NCBI GenBank assembly: GCA_965222375.1
Contig: CBDCTZ010000015.1
Span: forward strand, 864,001 to 928,000
Length of the DNA: 64,000 nucleotides
From: Polyangiaceae bacterium
GTDB taxonomy: Bacteria > Myxococcota_A > Polyangia > Polyangiales > Polyangiaceae
Reading direction: 5' to 3'
A program made the translations under genes and the position numbers. Shown here piece after piece: positions 9,893-19,118 of the stretch (position 1 is its first letter; each line of letters opens with the position of its first letter). The notes under the pieces are model-generated. The model saw nothing but the letters and a program-made list of their open reading frames with translations. It made no database searches and had not been told where the DNA came from.

Positions 9893-11098
9893 TCAGTCAT
9901 TGTCCCCGCCGACGGATTGAGGGATCTCGACGTCCAACACCATCACGAACTCAGTCTTGAGTACGTCGGTCAGACGCTTCACTGCTTCGTACAGCGCAAG
10001 GACGCTTGGCTGGTCGTTCGCCAAGGCTTCCACGAGGTCGTCTTCTTCTATTGCGCCAATCTTGGCGTTTACGTCGAGCAGAGCGGCGTCGATCTTGTCT
10101 GCAATGCTCGCGGCACCGCGCTCGCGCAACAGACCGTCGAATCCTGTCGCGTCGGCGCCACAGCCCCGATACAGCATCTCGAATCCCGCCATGTTGTCTG
10201 AAATGCTCTGCTTTGCCCGCTTAGCGGTCTGGTGCTCGAGCGTCTCGGGGCAGCTCGCGGCAACGCACTCCGGAGTCATCCCCAAGGGCTTTGCCAGCTT
10301 TGTGTCCTTGACCACGAGTTCGACGTAGAACAACCCGTCGCTCACAGCATTGAGCGCCTCCTTCTGGGACGGATAGGGGCCGCTCTTGCCGGCCTGGGAC
10401 AAACTCGCGAAGAAGTCGCCCTCCCCTGGCTCCCACGCGCTTTTCAGCGCGTTTGCCCAAGTCTGAACGTCTTTGGCGGCAGCATGGGCGTACGCAGCGC
10501 GGCGCAGATCCAAGTCGGTGATGGCTGCCCATGACCCGTCGGTGTTGATCAAGTTCGTCGCCGCGCAGTCGTTCTCCGGCCCGCTGTGGAATAGCAAATA
10601 CTCGATCGAGTCGAGACCTCGAGCGTTCACTGCCTCCGCAGCGAAGTCCCCCTTCCAAAGCTGCTCAACAATCTTCTGATCGACCCGGCAGGTGCTGACC
10701 AGAGGCCAGGAGTAGATTTCGTCCCGCAAGTCCGCTCCACCCACAGCTGCAGAGCTCGAGGCAGCGGGACCGAACTGCATCATCTCACTGCGCTGCCATG
10801 TGCTCATGGCATCTTGCCAGGCGGTGCGGGCAGCGCCTTGCAGCGCGGCGTCTGTAGGAGCTGCCTCCAGCGCCGCTGCTGCTAAGACCAACGCATCCGC
10901 CTTGGTCGAAAACTCGCGGCTCATGTCCAATGCGCACTGCGCTGAGCTCTCGAGCACCTTGGTCCGAGCCGGATCCACGGACTCCTTCTTCTTCCCGCCA
11001 CCGTCTTCACCGCATGCAGACGACGAGGCCATCGCGAATGCGATGGCTGTCAGGGCGAGACTGGCGCCCAGGGTCCCGAGCCAGCTTCCTCTCACCAT
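9893..11098 (-). CDS. Imelysin-family lipoprotein (iron-uptake associated)
   Basis: Lipobox SSAC; IYSWP, RGLDSIEYLLF and KLAKPLG motifs; C-terminal GDND; start overlaps the upstream stop (ATGGTGA). Confidence 0.8.
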   Translation of the reverse strand: MVRGSWLGTLGASLALTAIAFAMASSSACGEDGGGKKKESVDPARTKVLESSAQCALDMSREFSTKADALVLAAAALEAAPTDAALQGAARTAWQDAMSTWQRSEMMQFGPAASSSAAVGGADLRDEIYSWPLVSTCRVDQKIVEQLWKGDFAAEAVNARGLDSIEYLLFHSGPENDCAATNLINTDGSWAAITDLDLRRAAYAHAAAKDVQTWANALKSAWEPGEGDFFASLSQAGKSGPYPSQKEALNAVSDGLFYVELVVKDTKLAKPLGMTPECVAASCPETLEHQTAKRAKQSISDNMAGFEMLYRGCGADATGFDGLLRERGAASIADKIDAALLDVNAKIGAIEEDDLVEALANDQPSVLALYEAVKRLTDVLKTEFVMVLDVEIPQSVGGDND

Positions 11099-12552
11099 CC
11101 GTTTTTGCCGTCGTCGTCCCCAACGTTCTTGGGGTCGAAACCGTAGGCGGAGGCCAAGGTGCCCCTCGCCTCTCGCAGCTTCTGCTTGTATTCGTCCAGG
11201 GCGGCTGTGCCCGCCGCTTCGAGCACAGGTGCCACGCCCACCTTGTCGTGCACACTCGCAAAGTCCGCGTCGCTGAGCTTCTTGCGCGGATTGAACTGCA
11301 GAATCAGCACGAAGCCCTTCAGCTCGCTCCAATGCTTCGCATGATCCAGTAGTGAGTACTTGGCGCTTCCGATCTCGGACATGTCCGCAAGCACGTCGTT
11401 GATGTAGTGCACGACGGTTGCCGCGATTGCCTTTTCCCAGGCCAGCACAGCACGGTCCCTGGCCAGCTTCAGCTTGGCAAGCTCATCTGCCATCAGGGTG
11501 CCACCCTTTGCGGCGGCAATGATGTCGCGCCCCTCGGTGAATGCTTCCCAGGCGTCCTTGGTGAGGTCCGTCTTGGCGCCATCAGCGCTCCCAAAATCGC
11601 GTTTTCCGGCATTTACGGAATGCCCGAAGTTGACCTCGCTGGTCAGATCGAGGGTTCCGTCGCAACTCGTATCGTGGTGAGCAACCTTGTACTCGGGGCG
11701 GCCGCCTTTGCCCGCGAGTTCTTCATCTGTGAACGTCGGATACTCGTGACTGGCACCGAAGTAGCCGAAGCCCTCGTCCCAGGCGTGCTCGAGCACCGTA
11801 TAGGGCTTGGTGTCGTCTTGGGTGTTGGGCGCCAGCAGTCCCTTGTCGGCAACGTCGTCGTCCAAGTAATCGTCGGTGCCCTGGGAAAACGCCACCGCGC
11901 CAGTCACGAACTTGGCAACGAGTTCCTTGAGATCGCGACCATCCGCCGTGACGTGCACCGGTAGGTCGACGTCACCGGGACCTTTGCGGGGTGCGTTGGC
12001 ATGATCGATGGCGTTTTGCTCGATCTCGCTGAACCACTGGTCGACGAGCGCTTGCGGCGATGCCACACCCGGCCAACCGACGAAGGAAGTCCCGTCGTCC
12101 CAGTCCTTGTGGTCTGTCTTGCTGTCGTTGCCTGCCAGCTTGTCGATCAGGTTCTTGTCCTTCGAGATGTCGTCGTAGGTCTTCTGCGCGAGAGGCAGCT
12201 CGCTCGAAAAGGCAATCGGCTGGTTCCCATTGTCCGGGTTGAAGCGGAGGAAGAAGTCCAGCTCGGCCACCACGGTTGTGGGCGCCGGCTGGAGCTCGTT
12301 CTTGTCGATCCGCTCCGTCAGGCCCTTGATGCGCGAGGTCAGATCCACCATCGCGACATGGCGCCATGCCTGCCCGCTATGGCTGACGCTGCTCGTGCTG
12401 GCGTCAAACCGACTGACGTAGGCGTAGGCCGGGGCGCAACCCACACCGCCACTCCCACCAGCGCCTCCTGTGTTGGCGGTGTCCGTGGCCTCATCGCTAC
12501 CGCAACCCGCGGCGGCCACCACGGCAAAGAACCCAAATAGCAATCCACGCAT
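11092..12552 (-). CDS. DUF4856-like lipoprotein (iron-uptake associated)
   Basis: Lipobox AAGC; SHSGQxxR and HAWDEGFGYFG motifs; GGAGG RBS before the ATG at 12552. Confidence 0.7.
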   Translation of the reverse strand: MRGLLFGFFAVVAAAGCGSDEATDTANTGGAGGSGGVGCAPAYAYVSRFDASTSSVSHSGQAWRHVAMVDLTSRIKGLTERIDKNELQPAPTTVVAELDFFLRFNPDNGNQPIAFSSELPLAQKTYDDISKDKNLIDKLAGNDSKTDHKDWDDGTSFVGWPGVASPQALVDQWFSEIEQNAIDHANAPRKGPGDVDLPVHVTADGRDLKELVAKFVTGAVAFSQGTDDYLDDDVADKGLLAPNTQDDTKPYTVLEHAWDEGFGYFGASHEYPTFTDEELAGKGGRPEYKVAHHDTSCDGTLDLTSEVNFGHSVNAGKRDFGSADGAKTDLTKDAWEAFTEGRDIIAAAKGGTLMADELAKLKLARDRAVLAWEKAIAATVVHYINDVLADMSEIGSAKYSLLDHAKHWSELKGFVLILQFNPRKKLSDADFASVHDKVGVAPVLEAAGTAALDEYKQKLREARGTLASAYGFDPKNVGDDDGKNGW

Positions 12553-12585
12553 CCTGACCTCCAAGGGGTCCTGAGGTTTATTGCA

Positions 12586-12604
12586 ATTGAAAGTCGTTTT
12601 CAAT
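12586..12604. promoter_or_regulatory. Fur-box-like palindromic operator
   Basis: ATTGAAA-GTCGT-TTTCAAT, 19 bp with perfect 7-bp arms, in an AT-rich patch about 35 bp upstream of the iron-uptake operon. Confidence 0.7.
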
Positions 12605-12680
12605 AAGAATTGTGCACGGGCGGTTTCTAGGTGATTTCTGTCAGTTCCAACGCGAGGGCCAGCGACCAGTTTCTGGCACC

Positions 12681-12926
12681 CTAGACGGCGAGCTTTTCCC
12701 GGCCCCCGCCCGCGCACGGTCCCGACGCGCCGCAGCGGCACGGGCGATGAAGCGCACGCACACCTGAAACCACACAGCAAACCACCTCATAGGCTCGAAC
12801 CAGCTCCGACTTACGGTCGTGATCGAACGTGGCGTACTTGGCCCGCCCGCAATCGGAGCACGCCACTTCCCACACCTCCAGCACACCAACCAAACACACC
12901 GGACACTTCCCCGCCCTGAGTTCCAT
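12681..12926 (-). CDS. Small Cys-rich hypothetical protein (possible Zn ribbon)
   Basis: MELRAGKCPVC...CSDC...CC...CRC...C, 81 aa. Confidence 0.35.
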   Translation of the reverse strand: MELRAGKCPVCLVGVLEVWEVACSDCGRAKYATFDHDRKSELVRAYEVVCCVVSGVRALHRPCRCGASGPCAGGGREKLAV

Positions 12927-13470
12927 GCGACGGACAATGCAGGATCGGGACCAACTTCTCGCGGGCCCTCGTGCCTGGACGTACGAACCATCAACCTGGC
13001 GCTTTGAACCCGCGCTGCGATGCGATGGGGACTTCGTCGGCCGAAGGGGCCTGCGTGCTCCCCCAGCGCCTTCAAGATCGAGTTTCCGAGCAGCAAGGCG
13101 CAAAGTGGGCGAGCCCACTATCTCGACAGGCAACCCTTGGGCGGAGTACGAGCCCAAGTAGGATCGCGTCGCCTCCAACCAACAAGGCGCGGACACGAGC
13201 CTACGACCGCATGTCCCACGATTGCCAGTCGTGCAAGTTCTGCACGACTCTGCGATGCGGTCCAAGCCCCCGGCCGCGCGGGAGTGCGCTTGGCAGCCAC
13301 TGTCATGCTCTGGTGCCAAAAGGGACCGGACAGACTGTTCCAAGGCCGCCTTGGCGACTCGCGGACACCTCCCCATCGTCGATGACGGTCACCCGCTGGA
13401 GGGTGCTTCAGTCATTGCAGAGTTTCACCGGCGCTTCGGTCATCGAGCACGCTGCGAAACTTGGCTCCGT

Positions 13471-13767
13471 CTAATCCGCCGGAACGTAGCAACAGGCGTC
13501 GGGCGTCATCTTCCGCGCCTCTGCCGTCGCCGCTTTGTCTAGGCTGCGACTGCACAGGCTGCCACGCTTGCCCTTGCCGCCGCCGCAATGGGCGAACACG
13601 CCAACAGCGCAGTTTCCGTAGGGCGCGGGAGCATTGCGATGGGGCTTTGCGTTCTTGATGGACTCCGCGGCGGGCATGCATGTCGATTCTCCGCCGCTGG
13701 GTTCACTTCTTTCGGGGCAGGCCGTCAGCGCAAGCGCGGCAGCCGTCGACAGGACCAATCTCCGCAT
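13471..13767 (-). CDS. Small Cys-rich lipoprotein
   Basis: MRRLVLSTAAALALTAC lipobox; 6 further Cys. Confidence 0.65.
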   Translation of the reverse strand: MRRLVLSTAAALALTACPERSEPSGGESTCMPAAESIKNAKPHRNAPAPYGNCAVGVFAHCGGGKGKRGSLCSRSLDKAATAEARKMTPDACCYVPAD

Positions 13768-13868
13768 CGTTCCGGTAGTGTTCCGCGCATTGGCCACCGT
13801 TCGCACCATTCCCGCAGGGTCCCGTATTTCCGCGCTCCTGCGTGAGGCCTGTTCCTTTGCACCTCCAG

Positions 13869-14333
13869 CTAGGCACTGCGGCGGCTGAACAACTGTTGGA
13901 TCATGCTCGCGCGCTGTCCGCTTCCCGGCATCTCCTCGGCCCAGCAGTAGACGGTCACGTCCTCGTAGTGGGCGTGCTCGCGGAGCCTTCGAATCAATTC
14001 CTGGGCGACTTCCAGACGGATAGTCTGCAGGTCGGCGCGGACACCTAGTTCCGCAACCAATCGACGAATGTGCGCGTGCTGTCGCTGTGCCACCTCGACC
14101 TCCGCCGCGTGGTCCGCGGACAAGAGTGGAAATACCTGACTTTCCTCCGCGTCGAAGTGCGCCAGCAGCCCCGTTTCGAATTCTGTCCAAGTTCGGGAAA
14201 TGGTCGGAGCGTCCGCTCCTTCCACCGCGTCGAGCAGTTCCGCGAACAACTTGTCGAGGCGCTCGTGGTCATCGCACAGCTGTTTTCGAATCGGGGCTGC
14301 GTCCGGCATTCCCGGGGTCCATGCACTCGACAT
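13869..14333 (-). CDS. Hemerythrin/HHE cation-binding domain protein
   Basis: DH...HFDAEE...H...HAHYED di-iron ligand pattern. Confidence 0.8.
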   Translation of the reverse strand: MSSAWTPGMPDAAPIRKQLCDDHERLDKLFAELLDAVEGADAPTISRTWTEFETGLLAHFDAEESQVFPLLSADHAAEVEVAQRQHAHIRRLVAELGVRADLQTIRLEVAQELIRRLREHAHYEDVTVYCWAEEMPGSGQRASMIQQLFSRRSA

Positions 14334-14562
14334 GCCAGAAACGTCGCCGGATAAAGCACCAATACACCGGACCTCACTGCCGAACTTGCAGACACCCTGA
14401 CGCCGCGGCGCACCCTTTGCGCGAGCCCACTTGCCCAGCACCCAGCGGCATGGCGCCCGCTTGCTTGGCCACAAGGCCCGGGCAAGCCCTGGAAGCGCCA
14501 TCCCCCCGGCGCACCGGAGCGCGGGCTTGCGACGTCTGGTTGCCGGCACAACGCTGCCGTTG

Positions 14563-14808
14563 ATGAATGGAAGCGCCGTTTTCGGATGTGCCGTTCTTGC
14601 ACTTGCTGCCGCGGCAGGCTGCGAAAGAAATCCAACAGCTCCAATGCCGCTCGCGTCCGCTTTCAAAGTGCCCGTGCAGAACGGTTATGCAAGACGAGTG
14701 ACCTTCGTGATCGACAAGCAGGGCAAGATCGCCAAGGTGTTTCCAGAGGTCACGCCGTCAGTGCACAGCAAAGAACTGCTAGGGACGATCGACGACTTGA
14801 AAGGCTGA
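14563..14808 (+). pseudogene. Internally deleted peroxiredoxin (BCP/AhpC-like) lipoprotein remnant
   Basis: Lipobox AAGC followed almost directly by the Prx C-terminal segment ARRVTFVIDKQGKIAKVF; no peroxidatic PxxxTxxC motif. Confidence 0.55.
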
Positions 14809-15060
14809 GCACGGCAACCTCAACGTTTTCGCAAAGCCGCCCACTGAGTCGTCGTTCAACGTGGCCCATGGAGGGATTAGGGACCCTGCGCCGACCCAAT
14901 GGTCACCCCTTCGGGTATTGTCTCTTCCGGCATCGCGAAGCGCGTCACAAGCGCGTCGACCCCAAACCCAATCCCAAAGAGCAGATAGGCAAGGCTTCGG
15001 TCGCGCTGACATAAATCACGGATTTGGTGAAACACTCCAGGCTTGGACTACACTTTGGGA

Positions 15061-15636
15061 ATGTCCTTGTGGCGTTTGTTGTCCGCGAGCTTGCCCGCCT
15101 TCCTTGCGCTGTCCTGTAGCGTGACCAATGACCTCGACGGCTTGACGGGCAATGTTGGCGGAAGTGCTGGCGCCGAAGCGGGTGCGGATGCCGCAGCTGC
15201 CTGTGGACCCGGAGATTGTTCTGGCTGCGTCGGCTGTCAGAACTTCTGCGAATGCGCGACAACGACAGCAGCCACTCTGGAACAGTGCTTGAAAACGTCC
15301 TGCACCACAGACGCCGGCAAGGATGGCACAGCGGGGAGCGGGGGCACTGGCGGCACGGAAGCCGGCGTCGACGGATCGACGGGTGGTGCGGGAGGCAGCA
15401 GCGGCGGCGGTTTGTTTTCACCTGCGTGCGTCGGCTGTGCGACGATCAATTGCAGCGCCCAGCAGGATGCGTGCGGGATGAACACGGACTGCAACGCTAT
15501 CCTGACTTGCTACGCTGCCTGCTCCGACGCAGCATGCGAATCCAAGTGTACGAGCAATCACCCAAAAGGGCAGACGGACTTCAACGCCTTCCTCGGCTGC
15601 TTGAAAGGCTCCTGCAATTCCCAGTGCAGCGGCTAG
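15061..15636 (+). CDS. Cys-rich lipoprotein with Gly linkers
   Basis: Lipobox ALSC; two CxxxC-rich modules. Confidence 0.7.
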   Translation: MSLWRLLSASLPAFLALSCSVTNDLDGLTGNVGGSAGAEAGADAAAACGPGDCSGCVGCQNFCECATTTAATLEQCLKTSCTTDAGKDGTAGSGGTGGTEAGVDGSTGGAGGSSGGGLFSPACVGCATINCSAQQDACGMNTDCNAILTCYAACSDAACESKCTSNHPKGQTDFNAFLGCLKGSCNSQCSG

Positions 15637-15652
15637 TTCCGAACGCAGCAGC

Positions 15653-18600
15653 TCAGAACAGCCCAATGCTGAAGTGGAATGCACCGATGTCTTCCCAGAA
15701 TCGCTGTTCGACGCGCTCAGGGAAGAACTCGTCAAGGACGCGGTCGACATTGAAACCATAGTCGAAGGCCAGAGGACCAATGGGCGTGCCAATGCGCAAA
15801 CCGCTTCCCACCGCGTAGCGAAGCGCAGTGACTTCGACCAGCTCCGGTTTCGTCCACAGGTTGCCGGCGTCGAGAAATGCGGCAGTCTGCACGCTTCCGC
15901 TTAGAGGGATTCGCAGCTCCGCGCGCGGGTTGATGAAGGCGTCGCCGCCGCGAATGACGACTTCGCGGAGCGTCAGGCCCGAGTTGGGGTCGAGCAGCTG
16001 TTGAGCAATGTCCTCGGGAACCATCGAGTCTTGGAGAAAACCGCGCAAGGAGTCAACGCCACCAAGAAAGAACAGTCGATCCGGATAGGTGCGCGAATCA
16101 GGGATCAGCTGAGTGTTCACGCCCCAGCGGAAGGAAACGGCCAGAGCCAGCCCCTTGTCGCTGAACCGCGCATAGGCGGCCAAGCGATTGGACAGGCGCA
16201 GAAACTGGCTCACCGTGGCCGCGAAAACGCTTTCCTGGCCTGGCGCCACCTCGGCGTCTTCGTCGCCGACGGGAGTTGCACGCACGTGCTCGAGGCTCGC
16301 ACTGACCAGAGTGCCCGTCGTCGCGCCCAAGGGGTTGTCCCGACGATCCCAGGTGACACCGAGGCGCTCTGCCACAGCCACCGTCGTACCCTCTGGCACG
16401 CGGAAAGCGCTGCGCCGGGCCGGGTTGTTCTTCACGTACTCTTCCAAGGCGCCCTTCTGAGTCGAACCGAAAATCTCTGCGTTGTTCAACTCTAGGGAGC
16501 CGCCGATGGTGGCAGAGAAACGCCGAGAGGGCCGGAAGATGAGCGTCACGATGCCCGCGTCCTTGGTGAGGCCGAAGTCGCGAGCGTTGTCCCTCACATC
16601 AATGCCCTCGACGCTGAGTCGAAACAGCGGCCCCAAGCCAACATCTGGAAACTCCACCGTCGCGCTATTGCGCCGCTCGAGGCGCTGCCCCACGTCGAGC
16701 TCGTCGTACTTCTCACGTACGTCCTTTTCGAGAATGAACGCGCCTGGCAGATAACCGAGCTGCGAGCGCAGAGTGAGCTGGATGGCTTCACCACCCAGGT
16801 TGCGGTGACCGTATTCGAAGGTGAAACGAAAGCCCTCGCCGGTCGAAAACCCGGGACGCACATCCAAGTACTGCGGCTTGCGCTCCTGAACGGTGATGAC
16901 GACGACCTTTTCCTTGGCCGGAACGTAGGGGTCTTCGAAGCCGACGGTGACCGCAGAAAACACGCCAAGGGTGGCCAGGCGCTCTTCCGTGGCCCGCACC
17001 CAACTCCGTCGATACGGCCGCCCCACTTCCAGCGCAACGCGACTTCGAATCAGGCTCTCGTTAGTGCGCTGGGCACCGCGCACGACAATGCCCGATACGA
17101 TCACGCGCTCGCGCTCACCAATGACGAAGCGTGCGCGCGCCCGAGTGCGATCCGGCGAAAGCTCGAGGGCCGTCTCCACGTCCGCGAAAGCGAAGCCCTC
17201 TTCGGCGTAGTCATCGAGGAGCCGCCGCCGCGCCTTGTCCAAGCCAAGCTGGGACGCCGGCCCGCCCAGCTCCATGTCCGCGGTTTCCTTGAGTCGCTCT
17301 TCCGTGAAACGCTTGTTCCCTTCGAAGCGGATGTCGTAGAGCATCGCCTGGGGCCCGATCTTGATCGGAATGTGAAGCACCGCGTTGGGTTCACAGCGGA
17401 TGCCTTTCGCCGCGTCCGGCGTGCAGGTCAGGGATGGATCCACGGGCGGTTCGGGCAGCGGAACGCGAACCTCGTCCACGGCGCAGGCCGTTCGGGGTCG
17501 GCGACGGGGACCCACGGGCCGACATACGTGAGGCTGCGTGCGGGGATCGCAGCGACGCCGCAGCAACGTGGCGGGGCCGACGACGACGGAAAGGTAGCCC
17601 TCGGAACGATACAAGTCGCGCACGTGCTTGAGAGCGCGGTCGTACACGTCCGGCATGTAGGTCAGCCAGGGATTGGGTTCGTAGGGTACGACGCGAGCGC
17701 CAGTGGTTTGCTTCGGCCCGAAGGTCTGGTCCACCACGCGAGAATCAACCGAACCCAGAATAGTTCCGCCCGGCAGCTCCTCGGAAAGCACGCCGTCGAT
17801 TTCGCTGCCTACGTCTGCCGGGCCCCGAGCACCACTCAGGCAGGCAAACTCTCGTGCCACGACTCGCACCGGCCGCCCCTCTCGAACTCGGAAGACTAGA
17901 TCCAAGATCGGCGAGTCCGCTTTGCCTCGTTCCTTGACGTTGATCACGGCGTCGAAAAAGCCACGCTGCGCGTAGAACTCGCCGAGGCGCGACACCAGGG
18001 TGGCCGGAGCGCGGTCTTCACTGTCTTCGAGATCCAATGCGCCGCGAAGCTGGGCATCGTCGAAGCGAATATTGCCCTCGAAACGCGGGCGAATCAGAGG
18101 CCCAGCCCGAACGATCAGCTGAAGGAGCACCCCATCCGGCCGGACCTGGGCGTTGTGAGTCACGCTAGCTCGATGCCACCCTCGCTCACGCAGCAACTTC
18201 TCGAATTCGACGTTGGCCGCCTCCACGACTTCCGTGTCGTAGCGATCTCCGTCCGCGATGGGATATCGCTCTATCGCCTTGCGAATACCCGTGACAGTAG
18301 TGCTCGGCCAGACGGCGAATTGACGTTCCGTCACGCGCAAGGGTTCGCCAGGAGCGATGTGCACGGACAGCACCACGCGAAGGGGGTCGTCCGTGTCCGT
18401 GGCGGTAACTGCCGCGCGCACGTTTGGAAAGCCTCGACGGCGGTGCATTCTCTCCAAGCGCTCGGCCAAGTCACCCAAGCCCGGTGATGTGATCTCACCG
18501 CCCTGACGAACTTCCGCGGCCGCAAGCACGCTGTCCGCGTCCAAAGGTGAACCCTTGATCCGCAAAGACGCGATCAGGCGACGCGGCAACACCTCCAGCA

Positions 18601-19015
18601 CGAGCTGAGCGCCCACACCGTCCGCCTCCAGCTTCGCGCGGACGCTCGCAAAGCCTCCGCTATCGAGTAGCTCCCGCATGGCGCGCCGGGTGAGCTCACC
18701 GGTCACGACTTCGCCGATGACAACGCGCTTCAACGTGGTCTGGGTTTGCCAGCGCCCTCCCAGGGTCACGAACTTCACCTGGGTCAGGGGCTTGCCCATC
18801 AACTTCGAGGTGGACGGAGGGCGCAGAGTCGGAATGGAACTCTGGGATTCACCCCGCGACTCGACGATACGCCGCTGTGGTTTTTTCGCCGCCGCGTTCC
18901 CCTTGTCAGCCGGCGACTCGGGCTTCGGCTGCGCGGCTAGCGGTGCGGAAAGCAGCGCCACCGCGACGCCAGCAAGACAAGCCTCGCTCGCGCTCCGCCA
19001 CCAACCGAGCCTCAT
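15653..19015 (-). CDS. BamA/TamA (Omp85) family outer-membrane protein with POTRA domains
   Basis: Signal peptide; POTRA-like repeats (FEGN, IVVRGAQRT); FFLGGVDSLRGF, TPIGPLAFDYG; C-terminal FSIGLF. Confidence 0.9.
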   Translation of the reverse strand: MRLGWWRSASEACLAGVAVALLSAPLAAQPKPESPADKGNAAAKKPQRRIVESRGESQSSIPTLRPPSTSKLMGKPLTQVKFVTLGGRWQTQTTLKRVVIGEVVTGELTRRAMRELLDSGGFASVRAKLEADGVGAQLVLEVLPRRLIASLRIKGSPLDADSVLAAAEVRQGGEITSPGLGDLAERLERMHRRRGFPNVRAAVTATDTDDPLRVVLSVHIAPGEPLRVTERQFAVWPSTTVTGIRKAIERYPIADGDRYDTEVVEAANVEFEKLLRERGWHRASVTHNAQVRPDGVLLQLIVRAGPLIRPRFEGNIRFDDAQLRGALDLEDSEDRAPATLVSRLGEFYAQRGFFDAVINVKERGKADSPILDLVFRVREGRPVRVVAREFACLSGARGPADVGSEIDGVLSEELPGGTILGSVDSRVVDQTFGPKQTTGARVVPYEPNPWLTYMPDVYDRALKHVRDLYRSEGYLSVVVGPATLLRRRCDPRTQPHVCRPVGPRRRPRTACAVDEVRVPLPEPPVDPSLTCTPDAAKGIRCEPNAVLHIPIKIGPQAMLYDIRFEGNKRFTEERLKETADMELGGPASQLGLDKARRRLLDDYAEEGFAFADVETALELSPDRTRARARFVIGERERVIVSGIVVRGAQRTNESLIRSRVALEVGRPYRRSWVRATEERLATLGVFSAVTVGFEDPYVPAKEKVVVITVQERKPQYLDVRPGFSTGEGFRFTFEYGHRNLGGEAIQLTLRSQLGYLPGAFILEKDVREKYDELDVGQRLERRNSATVEFPDVGLGPLFRLSVEGIDVRDNARDFGLTKDAGIVTLIFRPSRRFSATIGGSLELNNAEIFGSTQKGALEEYVKNNPARRSAFRVPEGTTVAVAERLGVTWDRRDNPLGATTGTLVSASLEHVRATPVGDEDAEVAPGQESVFAATVSQFLRLSNRLAAYARFSDKGLALAVSFRWGVNTQLIPDSRTYPDRLFFLGGVDSLRGFLQDSMVPEDIAQQLLDPNSGLTLREVVIRGGDAFINPRAELRIPLSGSVQTAAFLDAGNLWTKPELVEVTALRYAVGSGLRIGTPIGPLAFDYGFNVDRVLDEFFPERVEQRFWEDIGAFHFSIGLF

Positions 19016-19118
19016 TACGCCTTCATACCGCGGGTTTTGGCCCGGCCGACAGCTTCCGGACACCCCCGACCCAAGAAATGGGCACAGAGGGCGGAGGGCG
19101 GCTAACATTTCGCGCCCC

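Noticed and set aside
12930..13470. Possible gene or ncRNA between the iron operon and the small lipoprotein
   Set aside because: Several overlapping ORFs, none with convincing motifs or start; no recognisable RNA family
14400..14660. Selenocysteine/readthrough explanation for the short peroxiredoxin
   Set aside because: No in-frame TGA with upstream Prx sequence; the missing part lies between the signal and the C-terminus
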